Positions 37,917 to 50,419 of a DNA stretch of 64,000 nt are shown here, piece after piece. A program made the translations under genes and the position numbers. Under the pieces are notes generated by a model. That model was given only the letters and a program-made list of their open reading frames with translations, had not been told where the DNA came from and made no database searches. Origin of the DNA: Blasia pusilla (taxonomy: Eukaryota); the NCBI GenBank assembly GCA_050084515.1, contig CM114271.1, forward strand, positions 12,400,001 to 12,464,000, in the 5' to 3' direction. Numbering within the stretch: position 1 is the first letter of the stretch; each line of letters starts with the position of its first letter.

Positions 37917-40226
37917 TATCACGTATTTTAGGATAGATCAGCGAGATCTAGCAGAGCGCCTTTGGAGATACTGGAGGACAGCCTCGAGAGGTCAAAGAGG
38001 TTGTCCTCCAGACAGCCTCTTCGACCTCTCGAGCTTACTCTCCAGAGGTAACCTGTGAGAGTAAGCTTCCCCTTTCATTTAGGCTCATTTGGAGCCATAT
38101 TGAGGAACTTACTATTTAGGATAAGTTATCGTTTATGGTATAGTTGACTTTCCACTTTGGGAAGTCTCCCTTCACCCGCTACAGCAAGTCAAGATCCAAA
38201 GAGGTGACTTGCGAGCATAGGTTACTGTGGAGAGGGCTTGGGCAAGGGAAGGGGGTCTACCTCCAAGAGAGAGAGCTTGAGAGCTCATTCTCTCTTTGTT
38301 GAACCTCTTGGCATGAGGCGGCAGCACTATGGCCCTCCTTGCCTTGTGTGTGACCCAAGCCTCTCATTAGGAGAGTGGGTTTGGTTTGACATGAGAGAGA
38401 GTGCACACCATGGAGAGCTTGGTGTGAGATCGTGTTGGTATTAATGAGAGATTCCATTGATTTACAAAGAGAGAATGAGAGAGAGAGGGCTTCAGTGGGG
38501 GAGCTCGTAGATCACTCATTGTTGTTGCAGGTTGGGGACCGTATTCCCCGTTCAGCGGTTCATTTGAGTGCTCACTAGAGCAAGAGCGCTTGTTGGGGTT
38601 GTTTCCTTTTCCAATTTTTCGTGTGGAAGAGTGGCGTGTGGAAGCGCTGCCCAAATTTCTTTAGAGGTTGAGTAATGGGGGCGGGTGGCCTATGCCAATG
38701 CTCTTGAGAGCACCATGAACCTCTCTGATTTCTAATTTTATAGGTTTGAAGTTTTTGTTGGGAGGAATCAACACGGAAGAGCTGCTGAATTTTCGTAGGA
38801 GTGCAGATTAAAGGGCTGCATTATAGTCCCCGTCAGTTATTTTTTGGAATTTCTAACAGAATTTTTTTTGACACTGTCATAGATCCAAAAGCCATGCACC
38901 ATGTGGAACAAAGGATGCACAATTTGGAGCTACGAGCTGAAAGTTATGGCCAATTTTGCAAACTTCCATAACTATTTTTAGGGTAAAAAATCATCTAACC
39001 CTAACCCAGCGGCCGCTGCCAACGGTGCCATCACCTTCCACGCCGTCGTTGCTGCTGCGGCCAGTTGTTTTCGGCACCGCCGTAGTTCAGGACCACATTT
39101 TTTGCCGCCCCCACCGCTATTGCGGCCACTGTTACCAATGGCAGCCACCGCCACTATTTTGGGCCATGTCCAACCGTGAGTGTTGGAGTAGGTTGAATGC
39201 ATACGCATTGCTGCTACTTGTATACTCCCCCCACATCGACAAGGGGACCTTTTGATTCATTGGGTCCTGGATCCTTTGCCATTTTGCTATGTCTTGAAGT
39301 TGGAACCACTCGACGATGATCGAGTTCCGTGCCGTGACGCCCATAGCGGCAACGCGCTGTCGATTGCCGCGTCGTGCCGCTCGTGGCTGCACCGCACCAT
39401 CTCGATCGCGGAGCCCTATCATCATTGTGGAGCAGAGCATGTGTTGTTGTTGTTGAGGAGGGTATGCTACTAAGTGCGGCATCCCATTATCGAGTGTCGT
39501 GTAGGTTGTAGCCATTCCGTGCCGCCTGTGCCGCACCATACCTCTGGACCCGCACTGCATATTGAAGACATTTGAGCATCGTCAGTACTAGGGGAGTTTA
39601 ACGTGCTATTTGGAGGAGTTTTTCTTCATGACTGAGTTGGGGTTAAGATTTGCAGTTGCTAAGGAGCGACACAGACATTTATTTAGGTTACCCATTCTGG
39701 TCTTTTGCCTTGCACGTGTTAGGGATTTCCGGGTATTGGGTAGTTACTTGGGATATTGGATTTTGTGCGAATGTTGAGAGCATCATTGATATATGGGTTT
39801 AGGGGACATAGACCTATGTGGGATGTCCACAGTTGAGGGTATGTCCTATTCATGAGATGATATGACAGCAGCCAATTGCCGCACCATGCCACTTGTTGTC
39901 GCACAACACACATCTCAATGAGAGAGAGTGTAGATTGAGTGTTGCATGTCTAGTTTGAGTGATTGAGTGATTACTCGCAGGATTGAGAGTGATCATGTGA
40001 GAGGGGCACAAGGCTCATCACGGCGTCCTTTCGGGACTTTGAGAGGCAAGGTGGTGGACCGGAGGATAGCTCTAGAAGGTTTACGCCGAGTGGCACGAGG
40101 TTTCGAGGGTCTCTATGTAGGTGGGAAGTTGTGGAGCATCCACGACTTCCAAAGGTGCCCAAGTGAGAGTTTGCACCTGTTGATTAACGTCACTCAGAGG
40201 GTGACAGAGTCCCGGAATATCCAATC

Positions 40227-40891
40227 ATGGTACGCGATGCTGGACTGAACCCTACAGACACGGGTGCGGGAGGGTTGCTTCTTTTGAATACCTCACCTAT
40301 GTTAAGGGATGTTTTTAGGACTGCCAAGAATATTGAGCGCAACATGGTAGAGGAGAGCATAGCCACCATGGGTTCTAAGCAAGAGCAATCACAATTGTCT
40401 ACACCACCAGTGCAACAACTTGGATTCCGAGATAGGTCTGTGGCACCATGAGCTTAGGGAGGATATCGGAAGGCCATGCCACAAATACGTGCGCCTTCAT
40501 ATGTGGCTCAGCAATAGCCGCTTGAGATTATTTGTTGGGCATGTGGTGGAGCCCATCACCAGCGCTATTGCACCCGTCAGGGTCATGGACGCGTACCTCA
40601 TCATGGAGGAGGTGATGGTGCTGCACTAGGAGGTTATTAGTGTGACTATTGTCAAAGGTACGGTCACACACAAGCTAGATTTTTGAGCCTACACCGTCAA
40701 TTACGTCCAGACCGAGGGCCAGAGAGGGCACCAGAGTGAGTTGCCGGTCCAGGTGGGCCTAGAGGTTGTGTACCAGGTGATCCCGTTGGGGGACAAGGAG
40801 CTGGATTTTCTCGAGGGGGTGGTGGAGTTTCCCATGGAGGAGGTAGAGTCCCACCACCTAGATGCGTCGAGGGAGACGCCGCGCGTGAGGC
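40227..40891 (+). pseudogene. gag C-terminal part with two zinc knuckles
   Basis: TAKNIERNM; CWACGGAHHQRYC (~40533); CDYCQRYGHTQAR (~40640). Confidence 0.7.
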
Positions 40892-43800
40892 TGTAATGGC
40901 TGCTCAAATAGAGCAACTTGTAATGTATAACTGAAGGAAAAAGATACTCTTTTTATCGCAAAGTACTAATTGCGTTCCCAAGAGACCACTGTTTCCTGAG
41001 TAAAGAGAGGTTTTATAAAGAATATCAAGAATAAACTCCTTTTTCTTTCTTTCCACTCTTTGATGTAGAAGAAGAGTTTTCTCTCATTCTTTCTGATGCG
41101 CGGAGTTGAGTGTAAAACCTTATTGGGCTCTAGTAGAGATCTTTCGGAATTCTAGAAGATAATCAAGAAGAGCTTAGGAAAGTTGTTAGATAGTGAGTAA
41201 CCTGCCATGACAAATGTAGTTCTAAAAGTAGGGTGAGCCGCCATTCTTGAGATCTCTTTGTGGTCTTCGTGGAGCTTTGTTATTGCAGATTCGCAAGAGT
41301 CTTCGTATGCATTTGAGAAGAGTCTTTTCCATGAGGAAAGAAAAAGCCTTTTATTCTTTTGTACTTGTAATACAATGTCGTTGTAGTTAGTGAAGCATTT
41401 TAGGTAAACTCAAGATACATAGAACAGTATTGAGGAATTCAAGACACAAGGGAATGATACCTTCTTCTACTAATTTGCTCTTTAAATAGTCTTTTACAAT
41501 CCTTGACTGCTCTTCCTATTCTTATCTAGATTTATAACTGCTAATCTTAACCTACTCTATTCAAATTCTCCAACCCTTCATCTTCCTAAGTCGGTTGGTT
41601 GTGCTGACGTTTCATTTCCGCTCCCTTTAAACCACTGCGCCACTCCATTTCCAGCTTCCGAAACCGCCGCGATGATTCAGTCTTCATAGTCTTCCGCTCT
41701 TTGCAGTCTTTATAGTCTGTGTAGTCTTTCTCTTCGCTATCCTATCTTCCCGCGAAGACTCTTTATCCTTTTGCCGCCATGAAGAGTTCTTCTTTCTACT
41801 TTCTTTCACTCCGCTGTCTTCAAAACATTTCCTATCTTTCTATCCTTATTCTTAATACACTTTTCTGCTTTCTAAAGACTCTTTGACTTCTTTTGCTTCT
41901 TCATCTTAGAGTTCTTAGTCTTTGCTCTTGGGTCTAGGCTCTTTCATTCCTTATACCTGGTCTTTGCACAAAGACTATCTTTAGTTTTCTTTACAAAGAA
42001 GCTTTTTCTTAGTCTTTGTTGACAGTCTTGAACTTCCGTTCTTACTACGGTCTTCTTAACTTCTTTTCTAGTCTTTTACACCATTCTCACTCTTCCAAGA
42101 CAATCCTTAATCTTCTAACATCCCTTGTCCTCTCATCATAGGTCTATTAGTCACTCTTCACACAATTTCGATAAAGTAAGACTCTTTACTTCCGGTATTG
42201 AGTCTTTAGTCCTTGCTCAAGGAAGACTCCTATACAAAAAATGCTCTTTCTGTCAAATTTTCAAAAACGTGGGCACTACATACCCCCTCACTCAAATGTG
42301 AGCCATCCCAGCGAACACTCTTTTGGTTCTACTCTATTTCTGTAATGTCTCTACGGACTCCTATCATCTGGTAACTCTACAATTTCTACATCAAGAGGAG
42401 GTCGGCCATGAATGGTCGAAAGTCTGTTGATAAGATTTGGCGTGTTATTCTTCATCCTCTCCCTCCATCCTTCTAAAAATTTTGAAGAACCTAAAACCTC
42501 ATTCTGCACTCTTACCTCCAAAGGTACGAAAGGTGCGATGGGCGGTTCCTGTACACATGGTGGATCAGCCACCTGAGGTAATGGAGCAGTATGTTGCGCA
42601 AACTGTCTATTCCAATGTTGGTCGATATACTCCAGCTCCTCCGTGATGTGGGCTTAAAAGTTCTGGATTGCCTTGTTGATTAAATCCTAGGCCACTTCTG
42701 GTTCTTCGTGTACATCTGCCCTAAGTTTTTGATCGGCCTCCAGCACTACAAGCTTTGCTGTGACTCGGCTCCTCTGAGATACCAAGTCACCCTTTTTCTT
42801 TTGCTGATCCCTATTCAACTTCCCTTTCTTTGCACTCTCCGACATTGCACTTTGGAAACTAGCCTGGAGAAGATCAATCCGCTCCTGTAGTTTCTCTGCG
42901 TTGAGCAAAGATTGCTGCAGTTGCGCAAAGAGCTAATCTACTCCATGCTCAATGTTCATAGCCAAGCTCTCCAATTTTGATTTCTTGCGCCCGATTCTGG
43001 CGCTCCATTGACTCATTGATCGTCTTCTGCATCTAAGTGAGCCGTAGGTTTCAGAGGACGTTTATGTACTCTTGTCATGTGGTGTGATTGGACAAGTTGC
43101 CTATTTGTTTGAGCTCCCCAAGTAGGGGTTATGCGATTTGTAGAAACGAAGTCAAATGTCTTAAGGTTGTGTGCAGAGGTTGCACCACCAAACTTTCTAC
43201 GGAATCGGAAGGGACAACAGATGGTTCCACTGCCTCCGTCGTGGGTGTCTCTATTGCTTCCTCCTTCACTTCTTGATATGGTTCGATTCAAAACCTTTTT
43301 GGTCTTGGTACCTCCGACAATTGTGAGGGTGGCGGGGATGAAGATCCATCTGAGGTGTTTTCACTTGTGGTATTGCCGCTACGTCTCTAGAACCCAAAGT
43401 AGATGCTTTGGTGGGCTTTTGGTCTTCGAATGGGAGTATCCGTGACCCACTCCGAAGACTCGTCAAGGGTAATCTCTCCAACTCGTGAATACAACCAAAT
43501 TAAGAAGGGAGAGAGAAACAATTTCTCCCCTGGTGTTATCAAATCAAGTACATGGGCTTGTACAAGCCCCGTAAAATTAACTCCTTGCTCTTCGGGCTGC
43601 CGATGCATATTCCAAAGAGTGTAACATTGCTTTACAAGCTTATTACTCATATAATAGGTCCTACTTGGATTGAAAAAGACCTAGTATAACCTAGAGAATT
43701 GTGCAAATAGAGTAGGACTCGACATCTGCAGTTTGTAGCCCTTCCTCTCTAATCGCTCTACTACGACGCACCCCAATTCTTCAAGTTCCTCTTGTCAAAC

Positions 43801-46490
43801 AAGAGCAGGTAACTCATACGTGACCCGCCACAAGTCGACGGTCCAATTGTTTGGCTGCGCTCGATACTTGTATCCCTTATTACCAAATTCAATCACCTTG
43901 GAGCTCGAATGTAGCTCCGTGAGTAATGCCACTGAAGATTGCAACCAATCTCCTCCAAAGAACTGCCACAAAGACCTTTCCTCCAAGGCTTCACGCAGTT
44001 CACTCAAAATCCCTAATGTTGGGTACACCCCGCACTTCATGAGCGCCATGTCTTCCTTGCTACTATGGTCTGTCTGCTTCCGACGGTTCTTGCACGATCT
44101 CTACAGGGCCCTCCTTGGTTGACTCTTGACAGTTCCAAGTGCTCTTGTCATGAGAAATGAGCAAACTCATGCCCCCCATCCGACTACACTGCGCTTGATA
44201 ATCGCCAATCTTACGTAATGGCCGCCCCTTCCGTAACGGCTTCTTGGCATTCTTCGCAATCTAGGGCGAAGAAATTGAGGAAAAAGACTATGCTGGAAAA
44301 GAAAAAGACTGCGAAGACAAAGAAGGAAAAGACCCGAGACGAAGACCACCATCCCTTGTCTTTCTTGAGTCTTAGCGAGTCCTTGGAGTCCTTACTTCAC
44401 CCGGTATGAAATGTTTAGCGCTAGGTCCTGTGCCTGCGCTTTCCCTACCCCCTCCCTCAGTCTTCAGGTAGGTGTATAATATCTTGGCACATGCATGCCA
44501 TTTACCCTTGTCGGCAATGCTTCTCCTTTCAACGTTTCCAATTGTAAAGAACCATTTTCAAAAATCTCCAAACTCGGTAAGGCTCCATCCTGTTTAACTT
44601 CAGCTTCCTAGGGAACTTTAGATGACTGTTGTCAAAAAGTAACACCAAGTCCCCTTCACTTATTGATTGCGGTCTCAGGTTCTTGTCATAGCATGTCTTC
44701 CTTTGTGCTTGGATAGTCTTTGTATGTCCAAGGGCAAGATGTCTTGCCTCCTACACCGCAACAAGTCTTCATTCCTTTTTACTATGGTAGCCAACTCATC
44801 TTCGTCCCTCTCTTCTCCGAAAATTTGGTAGGTTGGCACATCCCATTCAATTGGAACAAGGGGTTGTATTTCGTACGTTAGATAGAATGGTTGTACTTGG
44901 TAGTGACGTTCTCCACAGTTTGGTATGCCTAGAGGGCAGCAAGAATCTTGGTATCCTAGTCATATGAATAGGTGACAGTGAGGCGGTTCAAGATCCTGCA
45001 AATAAGCCCATTGGAGTTCTCAGTTAACCCATTAGCTTTGGGGTTGTATGCGGTAGTCTTCTTGTGCTTGAGCAAGAAATGGTCGGTCAAAGCTTTGACC
45101 GTTTGGTTGAGGAAATGAGTTCCCTAGTTGCTCAATAACTCTAGAAGACAACCATATCTAGTAATGATCATTTCATATAAAAATTTAGCCATTGTAGCGA
45201 CTGCTTCAACCATCTTGGTGCAATAACCCGTAGCAATTAAAATATACTTTCGACGGGTCTGTTGAGTGGCAGGTGAGATAGGTCCCACAAAATCAATACC
45301 CCACTTCTGAAAAGGTGCTAAGGGAAGAATAAGTACCAGAGGCCAGCGTGAGGTTGTTGTGGGCCTTCATGCTCTTTGACAAGCATCACACTTTTGTATA
45401 AAGAACCTGACATCCCGATACATTGTGGGCCACTAATAATGTGCGGCCAGGATCTTCTTGACCGTATTCTTAACTGCATAATGCCCTCCTGCATCCTTTG
45501 AGTGCATAGTCGCAACCCTTGGATAGGACCTGCTTCTCTCTGATTGTAGAAATTCTTCATCTATCTCATAGCGCTCTAGATAGAACGCATAGGATGAGGA
45601 CTCTATGTCCATACCCCTCATCTGTGGCAGCCCTGAGACGGCCGAGACTTCCAAGAAAATTTGACCAGCTTCTTGAAAGTACTTGAAGGCGCTTGGAAAG
45701 TAAATATTTTTCTTTTCCAATCTGTATTGACCTAAGCCCCATAAAGCCACGGTCTTCCAATGAGTAAGGGGTAACCTCTGACTATCAAAGGCTAAAGGAC
45801 AAGATAGTCCGGTAGGAATAGCACCCCTCCTATCATAGTGGGTATCTGGGTAAGCTACCCCAAGGGCCGCTTACGAGACTCATCCGCAAAGCGTAAATAC
45901 TTATTCGTGGGTTCATACTTAATGTAACCCAAAGCGTGCGCGGTCTACTCAGTCATGATGTTGATCCCACTTCCAGAATCTATAGGCACCTTCTTGATGG
46001 TTTGCCCTTCAATTTCAACCTCTATTTCCGGCGCACCAAGGTCTTCAACTTCTATATGGAACAGATCCACCATTGGGAGCTTCCTTGCTCTTGCCTTCTT
46101 CTCACGTCCAACCTTCCAACGTTGGAGAATTTTCCCATAAATGGGATTATCCATAAGTAATTGCAGTAAGGATATATTTGTTGGGCTGGCTGCCAAATCC
46201 TTCAGCAAGTCGTAAGCTTCCATCACCAATGGGAAGCCACTGAAGTCTCCACTTTTACTTCTTTGTGCTTGTGTAAGGGTCCTGGGTGAAGACTCCTCTT
46301 GCTTGATCTTCCTGAACTTGGTTACAAACTTGCTCTTCTACTTCCGGATGGAAGTACTCCGGATGATTATGATCAAAATCCGGGTCCTCATCACCTTTTA
46401 GAATAGCTTTCCCCGCTCGGTACGTCTCAACCGCTTTCTTCATAGCCAGAACACCTCGCAAAGATTAAGACTCTCGCAAGATGACTTGTT
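40892..46490 (-). mobile_element. Truncated non-chromovirus Gypsy (Athila/Tat-like layout)
   Basis: Single 3' LTR 40892-42280 (TGTA..TACA); PPT GAGTGAGGGGG; ~2.5-kb 3' region; integrase; protease PIDSGSGINIM (~45960-45990); RT/RH absent. Confidence 0.75.
44850..45560 (-). pseudogene. Integrase remnant
   Basis: MHSKDAGGHY..ILAAHY, FQKWGIDFVGPI, GTHFLN, TAYNPKANGLTE. Confidence 0.9.
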
Positions 46491-47047
46491 GAGGCCACGG
46501 AAACCTGCGAGAGCAGATTTCCCGTTTGTTTCGACTCATTTGGAGCCATTTTGAGGAACTTACTATTTTAGGTAAGTTATCATTTATGGTATGGTTGACT
46601 TTCCACTTTGGAAAGTGGCCCTTGACCTGCTTCAGTAGGTCAAGAGCCAGGTAGGTGAACTGCAAGCATAGGTACCGTGGAGAGGGCTTGGGAGAGGAAA
46701 TGGGATATATCTCTAAGAGAGAGAGCTTGAGAGTTGATTCTCCCTTTGTTGAACCTCTTGGCATGAGGCGGCAGAGTTATGGTCCTCCTTGCCTTGTATG
46801 TGTAACCCAAGCCTCTGATTAGGAGAGTGGATTTGGTTTGACATGAGAGAGAGTGCACATCATGGAGAGCTTGGTGTGAGACCTTGTTGGTGTTGATGAG
46901 AGATTCCACTAATTATTTAATTGGAGATATTTTGGTACTTCTCGTCTTATTTTTTGGATGCCATGAGTTAGCCTGGGATTGTGTGTGTTTGTGTGTATGT
47001 TCGGTGGCAGCGATGTATGTTGTGTAGCGATGTGTATGCACACAACA

Positions 47048-47925
47048 GAACTAAACCTAAATTTCTAAACGATGAGCATTAGGAACTCTAGTTTCAAATA
47101 ACATCAATGACCTCCATAAGGACTACAGCACAATCCAAACTATAGATCTAGTTCAAGAAATGAGAAATAAAGCCAACTATCTAAACGATGGGCATTCGGA
47201 CCTCTCATTCCGTATGATTTACCTCAAAATCATAATTCTAGATCCAATTCTAGAAATAAGAATTGAACCCAACTTTCTAAACACTAAGCATTCGAAACTC
47301 TATTTCCAAATTACATCGTTGGCCTCAATGGGGACTGCCTCACAATTGGAACAATAAGTTTACTTCCAAAAATCATAACTGACTCCAACTACCGAAACAA
47401 TGAGCATTTGGAACTCTAGTTCCAGATCACATTGCTAGCCTAGCTAAAGATCCAATTCCAAAAATGAGAATTGAACCGTCCAAGAACTTCCAAATTTAGG
47501 ACTCTAGTTTTGACTAACTTTGTTGGTCTCTATCAAGATTCTCCCACAATCGGAACTAAAGATCGAGTTCCAAAAAAAAACTTGACCCAACTACCTAAAT
47601 AATGAGCACTTGGAACCATAGTTCCCAATGACATCATAATCAAAACTATAGATCGAGTCTATAAATAAAAAATCAACCCAACTACCTTAACGATAAGCAT
47701 ATGTTTGGAACTATAGTTTCTAATGACATTGTTAGCCTCTGTTGGACCTACCTCAAAATCAAAACTATAGATCTAGTTTGAGAAATGAGAGCTAAAACCA
47801 ACTACATAAAAAATGAGTATTGAGAGTGTAGTTTCAAACAACATCGTTAGCCTCTATCTAGACTACATCACAATCACAACTATAGGTCCACTTCTAGAAA
47901 TGAGAACTTGACCCAACTACCTAGG
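47048..47925. repeat. ~116-bp satellite, segment 3
   Basis: Same unit as segments 1 and 2. Confidence 0.85.
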
Positions 47926-49269
47926 AACTCAAAGTTTTGGGCATAAGGTTTAGGGCTTAGGACGTGGTCGAAACTAGAGTTCCAAAATGAACTCGATGAT
48001 CCCTCGCTCAACCCACCCAAAATATATGGTTCCTAAGCAAATGGGTAACCTAGTAGTTGGATCTTTGGACCAAATTCAAGCTCAATGGATCTTCAAATCC
48101 ATTAAATGACTTGAACATTCTGAATTGTAGTTCATCATTACATTGGGAACACCTTTACCAATAGATCGACACCATATAGATGCCATTCAAAATATGTTTA
48201 GAATTGGGAATTAGTATCCTATCCAAAATGCATACCTATGTAGAAAAATAGATATTGTAGATCTAGACAAACGGTCATCACACACAGAGCGCGCCGAACA
48301 AAGAGTGGCCTAGGAAGAGACGGCACAACTTTGAACCTCCACAAGCGAACTTCATCAATCACCTTCCTTTAGGGTCAAAATTCATAGTATCTGAAACCCT
48401 CAAATCATTTTTATCTTACCTCCATTGACATCACAAAAAAATCCTATTAAACTCCACCATAGACTAGATCGACACCAAAACAAGTGTCACATATGGAAGC
48501 AGAATTTTTTTTGCCTCAGGATTGAATTTTTGTGTCAACCTACAAAATTTCAAAATTTTTGCAGGGAGCTTATATTCTTCCATTACTTCCACAGATTGCA
48601 CTCTCCACCTTTAATATAAAGAGATCGCTAGCTCATATCGCAAACATTTCAAATCTTCTAATATCCTCATTCATTCCATCAAATTCATTTTTCCCTCATT
48701 CTTGAATAAACCCAACCTTAGGAGCCCAATGTCCCAACCTCCTCTTTCCACATAGAGAAGGTTGTCTCCAAGACATGTTAGCGTAATACTTGCATTCTAA
48801 TACAATCGTAATGATAGAAATGATAAGCTTATGAATTAAATATCATAACGGACTCTATATACAAGTTGAGTCTTTTTTACTCTTCATATATTCTTAATTT
48901 CCACGTGGATTCCACTTATTATCTCTTCCCACATAAATTTCCCCTCTCAAAGGGGCCGCACACTGGTTTGAGAAATTCTCTTGAAAATCACTCAAACTAT
49001 TACTGTATTACACCTTCGATTCTTACTTCATCATCATCGCATGATAAGAAGTTTGTTCTAAAGATGAGGCAGAGAAGCTTTCAAATAATCTTGATAAAAT
49101 TAATATAACGTAAGTTACGTAACCTTTAAAACTTATGATTTCCATTGCTTTTTTCTGAATCAATTTTATTAGAATAGCCAATTTTAATACAAAGATAAGT
49201 TCACTAGGCATGCTTTTGATTGTCTTAAAAATGATTCTTACGACCTTATTAGAGATCAACCACTTTTGG

Positions 49270-50410
49270 AATCAAGAGGGTGTCCCTCTTCCTCAATGAG
49301 CCGCACTCTACCTATTGGATCTTAAGCTCTGATTTCACCATGGTCGAAACTACATTACCAATTCTATCCAACCCACCCAACCACGTAAGATGGGTGTAGT
49401 CTTGCACACAGCTTCTTGGAATATCTTTTGAGCCCCAATTGGATCTTAAGATCCAATTCATCTACTATCGGACAATCTACATTTCTTCTAAATAGCTTAC
49501 CAAAGATTCACATGCTCGCCAATAGTTCTATTCTTGTTTCGGAGAGAGGCATCATAGGTTCTTTTCAATTGGATCTTAAGATCTCATTGAAACTCATTTG
49601 GAACTATAGTTTTGAATGACTACAAGCCCACAAGCATGGCCTCCAAACTTGTAACCTCTCCCTTGACTACCTTGGTTTGATGTCATGTGAGCACTATCGA
49701 AACTATATCTCTAATTGCATAGCTGTCCTAAGGGTTGTCCCTCCTCTCGATTGGATCTTAAGCTCCAATTTGACCAAAGTGAAAAGTGTACTACCGATTC
49801 CGTCTAGCCCATCCAAACCACATGAGATGGGTGGAGCCCTCCACGAGCTTTCTTGCAAGATGCCTATGCCAGAATCAGACTTAAGATCTTATTTATTTGC
49901 TATCATATTATCTTTCTTGTAAATAGCTAATTGATGATTCAAATCTTGCAAACCATCGAGTTATATATGTAAGACCGCCAAGAGTGCTATTCCCATCTCA
50001 AGAAGAAACGCTACTAGTTGAATTGGATCTTAAGATCCGATTGAAACTCATTTGGAACTTTACTTTTGAAGTACCTCAAGCCCACAGGTGGGCCTCACTT
50101 GTGGGTGGGTAATAATGAGAGAGGATACTCGTATCCTCTCTCATTATTACCTTAGGTAGATATCCCCTCGCCATTATCGAAACTATAGTTCTAAATTGAG
50201 AACTTCCCTAGCCTAAGGTGTGTCCCGCTTCCAGAGTGGGCGCCAACCTCCCAATTTCATCCAACCCACCCAAACACGTGAGATGGGAAGAGCCCTACAC
50301 AACCTTTCTTGAAAAATGTCTACACCAGAATTGAATCTTAAGATCCTATTCATTTTTTATTGAATTATCTTTCTTTTAAATAGCTAACCAGAGATTCAAA
50401 TCTCCGAGAC
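49270..50410. repeat. Degenerate ~440-bp tandem units carrying GGATCTTAAGATCC palindromes
   Basis: GGATCTTAAGCTC at 49317 and 49752; shared AAATAGCT..GATTCA and TTGAAACTCATTTGGAAC blocks. Confidence 0.65.
50108..50151. repeat. Perfect 21-bp hairpin
   Basis: GGTAATAATGAGAGAGGATAC-TC-GTATCCTCTCTCATTATTACC. Confidence 0.95.
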
Positions 50411-50419
50411 TACCCAATT

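Larger units (their letters stand above)
37917..47047 (+). mobile_element. Family I copy with split direct repeats; pol removed by a nested insertion plus deletion (possibly chimeric)
   Basis: A1 37917-38463 (TATCACG, a decayed TGTCACG); leader homologous to 4650-6290; A2 ~46490-46915; B2 46920-47047 ending CAACA; no clear TSD. Confidence 0.75.

Noticed and set aside
4025-47047. Classifying the split/inverted-repeat elements as DIRS/Ngaro retroelements
   Set aside because: No tyrosine recombinase motifs seen; the RT-RH-IN order, DDE integrase, TG..CA ends and TSDs are Gypsy-like. The MTase is C5-type, not the DAM-like type of DIRS.
37913-47051. TSD for the third DNMT-family copy
   Set aside because: Flanks AAAA and GAAC do not match; the copy may be chimeric
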